From Thermoplasmatota archaeon (GTDB taxonomy: Archaea > Thermoplasmatota > E2 > DHVEG-1 > B18-G2), in the NCBI GenBank assembly GCA_029259115.1, contig JAPDJO010000076.1, positions 12,447 to 76,446 of the forward strand: DNA of 64,000 bases, given 5' to 3'. Under the pieces are notes generated by a model, which was not told where the DNA came from, searched no databases, and saw nothing but the letters and a program-made list of their open reading frames with translations. How positions within the stretch are numbered: position 1 is the stretch's first letter; every line of letters begins with the position of its first letter. This document shows, piece by piece, positions 31,813 through 42,418 of the stretch. The translations under genes were made by a program, and so were the position numbers.

Positions 31813-33087
31813 TTAATCCCCAAGAAACATTTCTCCTCTGTTGAAAGGATATTTGTGAGGATACATGTCATTCATCTGGGGTTGCATCCAGATAAAGTCC
31901 CTATATTCTTTTCTTATCATGTACTTAGCATAGTAGAAAGCCTCTTCAACAGAGACCCTTCCATCTTTGAATATGTTAAGGTGAGATCTCTTTGCTACAC
32001 CAAATAGTCCCTTCCTAAATCCATCTGCCTTTCCTGTTTTTAATCCTTCGAACCATAGTTGAGTAAAGAGAGGACCGGATACATTACTTGCATAGCCAAT
32101 AGAGAACTTACTCTCGCCTGTTATAACTATTCTACCATCTTTCGGGATATTAGATCTTAGAAGAGAAGGTACATTAAAGATGATCCTGTTTGCAAATCCT
32201 CCACTATAACAAGAATCCACTATCAGACATAACTTTGCTTTTAATCCTTCTAAAAGCTCACCCAACTCTTTATCTTGTATAGTGCCATCCCATAGCACCA
32301 CTTCACTTCTTTCCAAAATCTTGCCACCCGTAATCTTTTTATCTGGATCTCCAACACCATGACCAGATATCCATATAAAAACCTCGCTATCGTTGTACTT
32401 GTTTGCTTCATCCTTTATCCTCTTTATAGATGATATAAGATAATCCTCTGTTGCTGGGCCGTACGATACATAATCTATCTTATCGTTTCTCTCTTGTAAA
32501 GTTGAGATCCTTTTCCCCTCTCCATTTTTGTCTCTTATCCATCCATCATCGAACAGTATGGTAATATGACTTGCAGGATAACCCAAATCAGAAATGAAAT
32601 ATCTAGCCATATCTTCAGCGAGTTCGAGCATTCCATTTCCAAGTTTTATCTCAATATCTTCGACATTCGCTGCTGATACAAATAAAGCCCATCTGTGGAT
32701 ATTATCTGCGATTTCATTCTCAACTAGAATCTTCAATTTTACAATGTCTGAATAATCGGTACCATCCCATGCCCTCGCATAAATACTGTGATAACCGTTC
32801 TCTAAATCCTTGGTATCTATCGTAAAACTCCAATTGTATGTACCATCGGTTACATCCCAAGAGCTATCATCTATCTTTATCTCTACAGATTTTACATCAC
32901 CATCGAGATCTTCAGACCTCCCAGTAATGGTTAGTATGCCATAGACTTTATCTCCATTCCTAGGATAATCGATGTAGACTATAGGCTTTTCATTAGCCTT
33001 TACGGGAATATTTCTCATGGATAGAGTTACCAATATGATAGCTACAGCAATCAAAATTGATACTACGATTATACCTTTGAATCTCAT
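31813..33087 (-). CDS. Secreted caspase-like (clan CD) cysteine peptidase with Ig-like domain
   Basis: Signal/TM helix, Ig-like domain, SGHG and DSCYSGGF His-Cys dyad, DGRVSVEEAF.YA, QPQ. Confidence 0.8.
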   Translation of the reverse strand: MRFKGIIVVSILIAVAIILVTLSMRNIPVKANEKPIVYIDYPRNGDKVYGILTITGRSEDLDGDVKSVEIKIDDSSWDVTDGTYNWSFTIDTKDLENGYHSIYARAWDGTDYSDIVKLKILVENEIADNIHRWALFVSAANVEDIEIKLGNGMLELAEDMARYFISDLGYPASHITILFDDGWIRDKNGEGKRISTLQERNDKIDYVSYGPATEDYLISSIKRIKDEANKYNDSEVFIWISGHGVGDPDKKITGGKILERSEVVLWDGTIQDKELGELLEGLKAKLCLIVDSCYSGGFANRIIFNVPSLLRSNIPKDGRIVITGESKFSIGYASNVSGPLFTQLWFEGLKTGKADGFRKGLFGVAKRSHLNIFKDGRVSVEEAFYYAKYMIRKEYRDFIWMQPQMNDMYPHKYPFNRGEMFLGD

Positions 33088-33126
33088 CCAGTTAATATTT
33101 ATAGAGTTTTATTTAAAACACTTCTT

Positions 33127-34074
33127 TTACAGACGTTGTCTAAAATGTTCCCAACCCCGGTCTTGGAGTTTCCTTTTCTTCCCATGACAGATTATACTTA
33201 TCTCCTTTTCTTTGGTAACCTTGCCCATTTCGTAGATCTTCACCTTTTTCTTTATCTCATCAAACTTATCTTTTGATAGAGTAACCAATAGTTCATAATC
33301 CCCACCAAAATCTATGGCTATAGAGTAAGGATCTATATTCAATATCTCCCCAACCTTAAAAGCTTCTTCAGAGACGGGGATCTTTTCTCTTTCTATGGTA
33401 AAGCCAACATCATTTATCTTTGCAAGTTGGTATAAAGATGAAGACAAACCATCAGATATATCCATACAAGAGCTTATACATCTTGATTTTGCAAGTTCTC
33501 TACCCTCTCTTATTCTTGGTTCTGGTCTTATCAACCCTCTTAACTCTACTCCATCTAGTTTATTCTTTATCGCTAGATAACCAGCTCCAGCTTTTCCGAG
33601 ATGCCCTGTGACGGCAACAATATCTTCCGGCTTTGCTCCTTTCCTAAAAAGAATCTCCTCCTTCGAAACCCTACCTATAGCCGTTCCAGACACCGTTATC
33701 TCGTTGTGTTCCTTTGTATCTCCTCCGAGAATCCTTCCGCCATATTTACCAACGCAATCTTTAGCCCCTTTGATAAGGGAAAGAACAAAATCCTCATCCA
33801 GATCTGAAGGTAGCGATAGAGATAGTAAAACACCTATTACTTCGCCACCCATTGCTGCAATATCGCTTAGATTTATTGAGGTAACAAACCAACCTATGTC
33901 ATATGGAGTCATAACGTTTGGGAGATGAGTCTCTTTTCTGATTACATCAGATGATACAAGGAGATAACTATCATCTACGTCTATATATGCGGAATCATCA
34001 CCGAGATGGTTATCACCTATAATGGATAGAATCTTATCCACAATCTTTCTTTCACCAAGATCAGAGAGTTTCAT
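33127..34074 (-). CDS. thiL: Thiamine-monophosphate kinase
   Basis: MKLSDLGE, GDDSA, NLSDIAAMGG, GGDT, DISDGL, GGDYEL. Confidence 0.95.
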   Translation of the reverse strand: MKLSDLGERKIVDKILSIIGDNHLGDDSAYIDVDDSYLLVSSDVIRKETHLPNVMTPYDIGWFVTSINLSDIAAMGGEVIGVLLSLSLPSDLDEDFVLSLIKGAKDCVGKYGGRILGGDTKEHNEITVSGTAIGRVSKEEILFRKGAKPEDIVAVTGHLGKAGAGYLAIKNKLDGVELRGLIRPEPRIREGRELAKSRCISSCMDISDGLSSSLYQLAKINDVGFTIEREKIPVSEEAFKVGEILNIDPYSIAIDFGGDYELLVTLSKDKFDEIKKKVKIYEMGKVTKEKEISIICHGKKRKLQDRGWEHFRQRL

Positions 34075-34133
34075 AGTTTTAGAAAAAGATACTTCCCAAA
34101 AAAGTTTATCTCCTCCAGCTGCATGCTTTAACC

Positions 34134-35159
34134 ATGGAAGGACTGACCTATGCAAAGAGTGGCGTAGATATATTCAAGGAAGAAAAAGCAATCAAGAGCT
34201 TGATCTCCTCAATACAATTTAACAGGAAAGGGATAGGAAGATATTTAGGAGGGCACTTTGCAGGACTGATAGATTTTGGAGATCATGCCCTAGTTCTTTG
34301 TACAGATGGGGTTGGTAGCAAAGTCATGATAGCAAATGAGATGAGAAAGTGGGATACCATAGGTATAGATTGTATAGCCATGAATGTCAACGATTGTATA
34401 TGTGTTGGTGCTGAACCTATCGCCTTTGTTGATTACTTAGCAATGGAAAAACCGGATCCTAAGATAACAAGAGAGATAGGAAAGGGTTTAGCTAAAGGAG
34501 CCAAAATTGCAAATATATCAATAGCAGGTGGAGAGACAGCTACACTTCCAGAGATTATTAAGGGCTTCGATCTTGCTGGGACATGCCTCGGTTATGTAAA
34601 AAAGGAGAACATAATACTTGGGGATAGAATAAGAGAGGGAGATATTATCATAGGATTAGAGAGCAGTGGCTTACACTCCAATGGATTTACATTAGCCAGA
34701 AAAGTCATAGAGAATAGTAAGTTGTCTTATAGAGATGAATTTCCAAACGGAATCTACGAAGGAAAAACTATAGGAGAAGTTCTACTAACACCAACAAGAA
34801 TATATGTCAAAGAAGTTCTAGAAGTAGTAAGGAACTTTGAGATACATGGTCTAGCTCATATCACAGGCGGAGGAATGAGAAACCTTCTGAGATTGAAAGA
34901 TGTGAAATTTATCATAGATAGCCCATTTGACCCACAGCCTATCTTTAAATTTATACAGGAGAAAGGAAATATAGAACTTAAAGAGATGTACCAGACATTC
35001 AACATGGGGATGGGATTTGCTATAATTCTGGCAAAAGATTATGCGGATGATGTTCTAGATATTTTAGAGAAGAAATCCGAGGCAAAACCAAAAATCGTAG
35101 GGCATGTTGAGAGAGGAAAGGGGGTCAAGATACCTTCATTGAATCTTGTCTTCATTTGA
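34134..35159 (+). CDS. purM: Phosphoribosylformylglycinamidine cyclo-ligase (AIR synthetase)
   Basis: YAKSGVD, TDGVGSK, GGETA, SSGLHSNG, HITGGG, TFNMGMG. Confidence 0.96.
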   Translation: MEGLTYAKSGVDIFKEEKAIKSLISSIQFNRKGIGRYLGGHFAGLIDFGDHALVLCTDGVGSKVMIANEMRKWDTIGIDCIAMNVNDCICVGAEPIAFVDYLAMEKPDPKITREIGKGLAKGAKIANISIAGGETATLPEIIKGFDLAGTCLGYVKKENIILGDRIREGDIIIGLESSGLHSNGFTLARKVIENSKLSYRDEFPNGIYEGKTIGEVLLTPTRIYVKEVLEVVRNFEIHGLAHITGGGMRNLLRLKDVKFIIDSPFDPQPIFKFIQEKGNIELKEMYQTFNMGMGFAIILAKDYADDVLDILEKKSEAKPKIVGHVERGKGVKIPSLNLVFI

Positions 35160-35172
35160 CGTAGGAAAAAAT

Positions 35173-36150
35173 CTAACCTTCATCAAAAATCAGTTCTTTT
35201 CTCCTTTCTAGGGTTATCTTAGGAGTCATCATCCTGTATTTTCTCCTAGCTTCTCTGTCATAGTTCTCCTCGCCCATCTTTTCCAAGATTTTTCTTCCTT
35301 TTTCAATCTGCTTTAGTATATTGACATTTATTCTTTCAACAGTCTTCGGAGCTAGTAACATTAGAGCTTTTGTAATCATACCTATTCCATATGGTAGAGA
35401 TTCCGTTACGAACATTGTTCCAGGGATAGGCTTAAACCATAGACCCATAGATGATTCACCAAATTTGGTTATCGGCACCCCCATTGCCGCCTGCCTCTCA
35501 GGCGTAGGCCCTGCGTGAGCAGGTAACCATTTTCCATCTATATATACTTCTATCTCTCCTTCCAAGGAAAAATATCCTAAAGCATCGTACCATCTTCTCA
35601 TCATCGAATCGTAAATCTCCTCATACATTGATTGACTTTCAACAGCTGCAAAAAGCCTGTATCTAGCCTTAATCCCAGCAGCTCTACAGAGTGCCGCGAA
35701 TACAGAATTTATATGCAGGCAGGTGCCAGTTCCTCTCCTTAGAGTATCCGAGACATCATCCATAGGTAATATTTCCAAGATGAGATTCCTTTTTGCAAAC
35801 TCAAATGCAGATTCAGCAAACTCATAATCCGATTTTTTAAACGCTCCAAGTTTGTTTGCTAGTGCTATTATCTCTGGCGCTCTGCAGTTGCAATAAAGAG
35901 TAGGTCTGAGATATTTCTCGTCAGAATCGCAGTATTTCATACCCTCCCTGTATTTGGGAATTTCATACTTTCTCTTCGGTCTAACATATCTTTCTTCTGA
36001 TGGACTAGATTCTCTCAGCCTCCTTATATCTCCTAGATTGGTGAGTAAGGTTTTGGCTAGGGAAAATGTGCCCACAGTTAACATTTTTATAAAAACTCTA
36101 TTTGGAAAGTACTCCTCGTCTTTAATTTCTTTTAGAGAAGCCATCCCCAA
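35173..36150 (-). CDS. Transglutaminase-like domain protein
   Basis: YLRPT..C....I..LA, G.GTC......AALCRAAGIKARY, EVYIDGKW. Confidence 0.8.
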   Translation of the reverse strand: MGMASLKEIKDEEYFPNRVFIKMLTVGTFSLAKTLLTNLGDIRRLRESSPSEERYVRPKRKYEIPKYREGMKYCDSDEKYLRPTLYCNCRAPEIIALANKLGAFKKSDYEFAESAFEFAKRNLILEILPMDDVSDTLRRGTGTCLHINSVFAALCRAAGIKARYRLFAAVESQSMYEEIYDSMMRRWYDALGYFSLEGEIEVYIDGKWLPAHAGPTPERQAAMGVPITKFGESSMGLWFKPIPGTMFVTESLPYGIGMITKALMLLAPKTVERINVNILKQIEKGRKILEKMGEENYDREARRKYRMMTPKITLERRKELIFDEG

Positions 36151-36243
36151 TCAATTCGAGGTGTACTAAATAAAACTTTTGCTACAAAGTTTATCCTACA
36201 GTACCCACAACCTTTAAAAGTAATAACCCTATACCGCTAGCCA

Positions 36244-36408
36244 ATGAAGCTTATAGATAGATGCAATTCATGCGGAAAGGGACTTGTAGAGAGAGGCTTT
36301 GTTACGTTTCCATGTCCAATATGTTCTAATCCTATAGGTAGGTGTGAAAACTGCAGAGAGCAAGGCGTTGAGTATGTGTGTGAAAATTGTGGTTTTAGAG
36401 GACCTTAG
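36244..36408 (+). CDS. Small zinc-ribbon protein (DUF1610/HVO_2753-like), not in the ORF track
   Basis: Manual translation MKLIDRCNSCGKGLVERGFVTFPCPICSNPIGRCENCREQGVEYVCENCGFRGP*; conserved position upstream of EF-1beta. Confidence 0.9.
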   Translation: MKLIDRCNSCGKGLVERGFVTFPCPICSNPIGRCENCREQGVEYVCENCGFRGP

Positions 36409-36418
36409 GTGATCACAA

Positions 36419-36691
36419 ATGGGAGAGGTAATAGCTCTGATAAGAGTAATGCCATCCGATATTTTGGATGACAAACAGATGGAAGAACTCAAGAACAAAG
36501 TCAAGGAAAAGATAAAAGAGCCTGCACGATTAGCTAGGATGGATATAAGAGATATAGCCTTTGGTTTAAGGGCACTGGATGTTACTGTTGTTGTTCCAGA
36601 TGCAGAGGGCGGGGTAGATCCTATAGCTGAGGATATCTCTAGCATAGATGGAGTCGAAAGTGCCGAAGTTGTTGATGTAGGTAGAATTTAG
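36419..36691 (+). CDS. ef1b: Translation elongation factor 1-beta
   Basis: MGEV......MP, IAFGLRAL, I.GVESAEV. Confidence 0.93.
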   Translation: MGEVIALIRVMPSDILDDKQMEELKNKVKEKIKEPARLARMDIRDIAFGLRALDVTVVVPDAEGGVDPIAEDISSIDGVESAEVVDVGRI

Positions 36692-37377
36692 GAACCTTTA
36701 CCCACCTTTTTTATCTGCTCTTGGAACTTATTTGATACTGATTTTTCTAGAGCCTCTATACCCAATTCTGTTGGGAAATAAACAGGGTATGCAGAATTAC
36801 TTCTATCTCCCTCGACCATCTCCGCCATGATCATCTTCTTCAAGTGCCATTTTACAGTATGGTGATTCAGATTTAGAGCCTTTGCGATTTCAAGAAGATG
36901 CTTGCCGGGATTATTTCTCAGGTATTCCATTATTCTCCTAGCATTTTTGTTCCTCAATATAGATTCCGCTATCGCTCTTTTTCTAGCCTGAATACCTCCT
37001 TCCACTAGGTAATACACCTTTTTGCCGCCGATCTTCCTACTTCTTATCAGGTTGCACTGCTCAAGTTTCCGAAGATGCCACTCAACGTTACTTGGCTTAA
37101 GATCCAGATCTCTAGCTATTTCTCTTAGATGTGATCCAGGATATTCATCTATATATGAGTATATCGTTCTTCTTATCTCTTTATCAAGAACGTTTTCTGG
37201 TGTTACGTATTTTATTCCTCCCCATAGGGCGAAGAAAGTCACTATTATGGCTGCTACTACTATTATTGCTGCAATCCCTATTCCGAGACCAAGGCTAGGT
37301 GTGAACTCTATGGACATTGCACTTACAGAAGGCAGAAGCATTATAGATATGCCTAACATTAGTACCAAACTCTTCAT
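36688..37377 (-). CDS. Membrane-anchored double winged-helix transcriptional regulator
   Basis: Signal peptide plus TM helix, then two repeats R..I..Y....PG.H..EIA..L......WHL.K. Confidence 0.75.
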   Translation of the reverse strand: MKSLVLMLGISIMLLPSVSAMSIEFTPSLGLGIGIAAIIVVAAIIVTFFALWGGIKYVTPENVLDKEIRRTIYSYIDEYPGSHLREIARDLDLKPSNVEWHLRKLEQCNLIRSRKIGGKKVYYLVEGGIQARKRAIAESILRNKNARRIMEYLRNNPGKHLLEIAKALNLNHHTVKWHLKKMIMAEMVEGDRSNSAYPVYFPTELGIEALEKSVSNKFQEQIKKVGKGS

Positions 37378-37423
37378 TGCATCCCATCCTCAGGTTATGT
37401 AAGTATGAAAAAACTTATATATT

Positions 37424-39133
37424 TTACTTATGTGCAAATATTCCTATGATTTTTTCTCCTTTTCTTTCTATTCTCACAAAACCAAACCTCTCGAATTGAA
37501 CAATCTCACCATCTTTAACATTCTCGAGCGCTTTCTCTACAAATCCTTTTACCACTTTCAAGCTATCTGGATTATATTTCTCTCCTATAAACAGAGGTCC
37601 TGGAATGAATATTGATAGCTCAAAATACTCTTCAGTTACCCACTGAATTTTTTCCAAATTCTTTATCAGCTTATCACCGGCAAACTCACCTTCAATATTT
37701 TCATTTTTCTTTAGGACTTTCACGTTGTATAGATCCTTCAATCTGAAGATATCTCCCTCCCTCATTCTATCAGCATCTTCTTTTGGTATGTAGAATATGG
37801 AACCAGTCTTCACTGTTCTGTAACCCATATCCTCAGTTGGGTGAAATCTTAACTTTTTCTCAAGATGCGGCGCACCCCTCACTCTTAGCCTTACTGGATC
37901 AGGAACGAAGAAGAATCTCCTAGAAAATTTGTCTATAATCTTTCTATTTACTGCTTCCAACTGATCAAAAGTAACTACAGATTCACTCTTTGATATCCCT
38001 TGAGACAAAACGAAAATTCTTATTGCATCAGGAACAATACCTCTCCTCCTCAAACCTCTCAGTGTAGGTAATCTAAAATCATCATAACCACTTACCTTTC
38101 CTTCATCAATCAGAGGTTTTATTTTCCTCTTAGAAACAGGCATGCCTTCTATGGATAATCTCGAAAATTCCATTAAATGAGGTTTCCTGAGACCAAGTTT
38201 ATCCAGGAGATAGAAATACACCTCATCTCTTAATTCATACTCCTTTGTTCTGAAAGGATGGGTAACTCCAGATAAAGAGTCTTCAACAGCTCCAGCAAAA
38301 TCATAAGTTGGCCAAACTCTATATTTGTCTCCTTGGATGGGATGTTCAGCATCTACTATTCTAAAAAGCGTTGGATCTCTCATCGCTGTATTCTTACTCT
38401 TTAAGTCTCCTTTCAATCTCAAAACAGCCCTACCTTCTTCTATACTTCTATGCATTTCTTTCCAGAGAGAAAAATTCTCCTCTTTACTCCTCTCTCTACA
38501 TTCACATGGTACGCCTTTGAATCTATTTCTTCTTATAGTTTCCTGATCACATTTGCAGACATATGCGTCTCCTTGGGATATTAACTTCTCTGCAAGTCTA
38601 TAATGCGTTGGAAGATTTGAGGAAGTGCAGTACTCCTTATCCCATTCTATGCCAAGCCACTCTAAGTCTTCTTTCTGAGCATCATAAAACTCGATACTCT
38701 CATTTTCAGGATTCGTATCGTCAAACCTGAGAATAAAGATACCATCATACATTCTAGCATATTCGTAATCTATGAATGCTGCCTTTGCATGTCCTATATG
38801 CAAATAACCATTCGGTTCCGGAGGAAATCTTGTAACAACTTTTCCAGGTTCTGCATATGGCAGGGGAGGAAGCGAAATTTCTTTCTTCCTTTTTTCCTTG
38901 ATCAAAAGTTTTGGATCTATTTCACTCAAAGCTTTTTTCTGCTCATCAATACTCAAGTTATTTATTTCCTTGACAACTCTTTCTACAATTTCCATCACAG
39001 ACTTTATTTTATTCTTCAGATCTTTTCTTTCTGCTAGGATTTTCCCTATAACCGCTTTACTGTTTGCTTTCCCATCGTGCTGTAAAGCATTTTGTAACGC
39101 ATACTTTTTTGCCAATCTCTCTATCTCTTCCAT
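37424..39133 (-). CDS. gltX: Glutamate--tRNA ligase (archaeal)
   Basis: TRFPPEPNGYLHIGH, RFDDTNP, WPTYDF, VSKRK, QFERFGF. Confidence 0.96.
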   Translation of the reverse strand: MEEIERLAKKYALQNALQHDGKANSKAVIGKILAERKDLKNKIKSVMEIVERVVKEINNLSIDEQKKALSEIDPKLLIKEKRKKEISLPPLPYAEPGKVVTRFPPEPNGYLHIGHAKAAFIDYEYARMYDGIFILRFDDTNPENESIEFYDAQKEDLEWLGIEWDKEYCTSSNLPTHYRLAEKLISQGDAYVCKCDQETIRRNRFKGVPCECRERSKEENFSLWKEMHRSIEEGRAVLRLKGDLKSKNTAMRDPTLFRIVDAEHPIQGDKYRVWPTYDFAGAVEDSLSGVTHPFRTKEYELRDEVYFYLLDKLGLRKPHLMEFSRLSIEGMPVSKRKIKPLIDEGKVSGYDDFRLPTLRGLRRRGIVPDAIRIFVLSQGISKSESVVTFDQLEAVNRKIIDKFSRRFFFVPDPVRLRVRGAPHLEKKLRFHPTEDMGYRTVKTGSIFYIPKEDADRMREGDIFRLKDLYNVKVLKKNENIEGEFAGDKLIKNLEKIQWVTEEYFELSIFIPGPLFIGEKYNPDSLKVVKGFVEKALENVKDGEIVQFERFGFVRIERKGEKIIGIFAHK

Positions 39134-39134
39134 A

Positions 39135-40118
39135 TTACCTTCTTCTACTTATACAGTAATCCACGAGTTCTTCCAGGTAATGCTTTGCATCATTATCTGG
39201 TAAAATTGAAAGACTTTGCTTGGCTCTCTTTGAAAATTCTATAGCCTTCTTTCTTGAGTAGTCTAGAGAGCCAATCCTCTCTAATATATCTATAACCTCC
39301 TTCACTTCCTCATCACTCGCATCTTTCTTACCCAGTACAGATAAAATCATCTTCTTCTCATCATCGTTCGCGTTTGACAAAGCGTGTATGATCATGAGAG
39401 TTTTCTTCCCTTCTCTTATATCATTCCCTATCTTTTTTCCAAACTCATTTTCTTCTCCTTTGAGATCAAGATAGTCATCCCATATCTGAAAGGCTAATCC
39501 AAAGAATCTTCCATAGGTCGATAAAGATCCTATTTCTTCTCCACTTCCTTTACCTATTATCGCTCCCCCTTCAGCTGAGCATGAAAAGAGCGCAGCAGTT
39601 TTTCTGTTTATCATATCAAAATATTCTTCTTCGCTGACATAATCTCTCTTCTCAAACTCCATATCTAATTCCTGACCCTCGCATATTTCCTCGATACATT
39701 TTGTCAGGAGAAAACACAATCTTCTGAAAGATTCCGAATCAATATCAAGATTGTGAAGAGATTCGTAAGATTTAGCAAAAAGAACATCTCCAGCTATTAT
39801 TGCCGTTTCTTCTCCGAACTTTATATGAACAGTTTCTATACCTCTCCTTATAGGAGATCTATCCATTATATCATCATGAACCAGGGTAAAATTATGCATA
39901 AGTTCAAGAGATACAGAGAAGGGTATAGCTTTTCTCCAGTTACCACCAACAACTTCTGTTGATAGCATGGCTATCAAAGGTCTCAGTCTCTTACCCCCAG
40001 CTATAGGAAGATACCTCGCCGCTAAATAGAGATTTTCTGGCTTCTTTATCTCCAAAATTCCTTCTATTTCTTTATTGACCTCTCTTATTCTGTCACTGAA
40101 TCTCTCTATTAAATCCAT
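39135..40118 (-). CDS. idsA: Geranylgeranyl diphosphate synthase
   Basis: GGKRLRP, HDDIMD..RRG, GQ.LD, KTA, FQIWDDYLD, GKKT. Confidence 0.92.
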   Translation of the reverse strand: MDLIERFSDRIREVNKEIEGILEIKKPENLYLAARYLPIAGGKRLRPLIAMLSTEVVGGNWRKAIPFSVSLELMHNFTLVHDDIMDRSPIRRGIETVHIKFGEETAIIAGDVLFAKSYESLHNLDIDSESFRRLCFLLTKCIEEICEGQELDMEFEKRDYVSEEEYFDMINRKTAALFSCSAEGGAIIGKGSGEEIGSLSTYGRFFGLAFQIWDDYLDLKGEENEFGKKIGNDIREGKKTLMIIHALSNANDDEKKMILSVLGKKDASDEEVKEVIDILERIGSLDYSRKKAIEFSKRAKQSLSILPDNDAKHYLEELVDYCISRRR

Positions 40119-41149
40119 AGCTCCACCTCCGCGGATTTCAAATCATCAACATCTTTAGCACCAACGAGAAACATTGCTGATCGCAATTCTTCTATTATGG
40201 CGTGCATCTCTCTCATTGCACTATCTAAGCCTCTGACAGCTTGTTTCAATATTACATATGCTATACCTGCGCAGTCTGCTCCAAGAGCAATGGCTTTTGC
40301 AACATCCAGACCATTCCTTATTCCACCTGTGGCAATTATTTCTACCTTATCCTTTACAACATCAGCCACCTCAATTAGAGATAATGGAGTTGGTATTCCC
40401 CAATCCCAGAATGTCTTACCCAACCTCTCATATAGCCAATCATTCATCTTCTTTGCCCTGTAATATTCTATGGCAGCAAAGCTAGTTCCACCATATCCTC
40501 CAACGTCTATAGCAGAGATGTCTAGTTTTGCTAATCTTCTTGCGACATCTCCTGATATTCCTGCTCCTGTCTCCTTTACTATTACAGGGATATCAAACTC
40601 CTTTGTTATTATCTCTATAGAGTTCATGCAACCCTTTGCATACGCTTCTCCCTCGGGCTGTATTATCTCCTGTAAAAAGTTGAGACAAATAGCTAGAGCA
40701 TCAGCATCTATCATTTTGATAATCTCATCTATGCTTCTTATCAGCTCTTTCTTGTTCCATCTCACTATCTGAGATGCACCTATATTCGCAATTTTTAGGG
40801 GTATGTCAAAATCTTTTATTATTCCATATGTATCTTCCAAACTCTTATTTTCGAGGGCAGACCTTTGTGAGCCAACACCCATCCCTATTTGGTAATTCTC
40901 TGCCACTTTCGCCAAAACCTCATTTATCTTTTTTCCACCTCGGTACCCTCCGGTCATGCCGGATATTATTATTGGTGCTTTCAGCTTTTTCTCCAGAAAT
41001 CTTGTTGAGATATCGATATCATCTATATCTATCTCTGGTAGGGCATTGTGTATAAGCCTGACATCATCCCAAAAGTTGTAGCTGGCTCTAACATCTTCAT
41101 TGATTGCTATATCAACATGCTCCGCCTTCCTTCTCTCGGTTTGATTCAT
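40109..41149 (-). CDS. fni: Type 2 isopentenyl-diphosphate isomerase
   Basis: RK.EH, MTGG, GVGSQR, QE..QPEG, KETG.G, GGTSF, WGIPT. Confidence 0.95.
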   Translation of the reverse strand: MNQTERRKAEHVDIAINEDVRASYNFWDDVRLIHNALPEIDIDDIDISTRFLEKKLKAPIIISGMTGGYRGGKKINEVLAKVAENYQIGMGVGSQRSALENKSLEDTYGIIKDFDIPLKIANIGASQIVRWNKKELIRSIDEIIKMIDADALAICLNFLQEIIQPEGEAYAKGCMNSIEIITKEFDIPVIVKETGAGISGDVARRLAKLDISAIDVGGYGGTSFAAIEYYRAKKMNDWLYERLGKTFWDWGIPTPLSLIEVADVVKDKVEIIATGGIRNGLDVAKAIALGADCAGIAYVILKQAVRGLDSAMREMHAIIEELRSAMFLVGAKDVDDLKSAEVELWI

Positions 41150-41151
41150 AT

Positions 41152-41922
41152 TTACCCTCCAATTACAAGAGTTCCTTTCACTTTTTTACCAGTCAGAGAA
41201 CCGAATAATCTATCTCTCTTATTACCATTTACAACCAAAACATCGATATCCTCTTTTGCTATCTCTCTAATGACCTCTATCTTACCCCCCATACCACCAG
41301 TCACATCAGTATATATGCTTTTCTCTGCAACAGGTAAATCATCGTATTTTATCTCTCTAAGGAGCTTTGCATCTTTGTATTTTTTTGGGTCTTTATCAAA
41401 TATGCCATCCTCATCTATAACAAAGATAACCTTTTCTGGTTTAAAATATCTGGATAAATTTAAGACAAGAATATCTCCAGAACATATAGAAAATCCAAGC
41501 TCATCATCAAAAACTATATCGCCGAACGTTACCGGTGTTAAACCTATACTTATTGATTCTTCGAAGCACTTCAGATCGATGTATTTTAATTTCCCGTTGT
41601 TCATTTCTACAAAGGAGAGCGGAGGTAGAGATACAGAAAAAATATCATGGTTGTATAGAGAACTCATCACAATTTGATTCAATATCCTAACACTGCTATG
41701 AGTGATGTGAAAACCTTTAAGTTGATTCCTGCTTTTGAAACCCCTATCGAGTTTGTATTCTTTCGCATGAATGTGCCCAAAAGATCCGGCGCCATGCACA
41801 AGTATTATCTCTTTTTTTGATTTTTTTATCTCTCGAACCAATCTATCTATAACCTTTTTCCTAGCTCTATTTTCTCTCTTTTTATCTGTTATTACGCTTC
41901 CTCCCAACTTTACGATGATCAT
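41152..41922 (-). CDS. ipk: Isopentenyl phosphate kinase
   Basis: KLGGSVITDK, VHGAGSFGH, SGD, DVTGGM.GK; isoprenoid cluster context. Confidence 0.92.
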   Translation of the reverse strand: MIIVKLGGSVITDKKRENRARKKVIDRLVREIKKSKKEIILVHGAGSFGHIHAKEYKLDRGFKSRNQLKGFHITHSSVRILNQIVMSSLYNHDIFSVSLPPLSFVEMNNGKLKYIDLKCFEESISIGLTPVTFGDIVFDDELGFSICSGDILVLNLSRYFKPEKVIFVIDEDGIFDKDPKKYKDAKLLREIKYDDLPVAEKSIYTDVTGGMGGKIEVIREIAKEDIDVLVVNGNKRDRLFGSLTGKKVKGTLVIGG

Positions 41923-42031
41923 CCTCTATGCATAGGTTTTTTTGATAATAGTTTTTTGTTGAGACCACGTTCTACCAAAGGTTTTTAAAGGTGAACTTGA
42001 CATATATATTAGGTGGAGGCAAATTAGAGAA

Positions 42032-42418
42032 ATGTTAGAGAATAAAAAGATAGATCTGTTAAAAGATATTTTAAGCAAGGGTAGAGAAGAGTTGATGGTA
42101 TGTCCAGAGTGTGGCGCTCATGTAACTATTGTTCAACTTCCACCTAGATATGGGCCATATGGCGTAGTCTATGATACCTATCTAGAATGCAGCAAATGCA
42201 ATTTCAAAATGAAGGTAAATTCCTATACTCTGTATGGTGCTGTTAAAGACTACGACGAGAAAACCATTGAAATAAGTAGTTGGTCTGATATGGGCAGTAG
42301 AGAGGTTAACAGATTCTATCATGTTCTTGATGAAAACTTACTAAAAAAACTCAAAGAAAGCGGGGATCTAGTTGAATTCCTTGTAGTTAATGATGTAGTT
42401 TTACTCGTTGTGGGCTAG
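42032..42418 (+). CDS. Hypothetical zinc-ribbon protein
   Basis: CPECG...ECSKC; GGTGGAGG RBS. Confidence 0.65.
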   Translation: MLENKKIDLLKDILSKGREELMVCPECGAHVTIVQLPPRYGPYGVVYDTYLECSKCNFKMKVNSYTLYGAVKDYDEKTIEISSWSDMGSREVNRFYHVLDENLLKKLKESGDLVEFLVVNDVVLLVVG

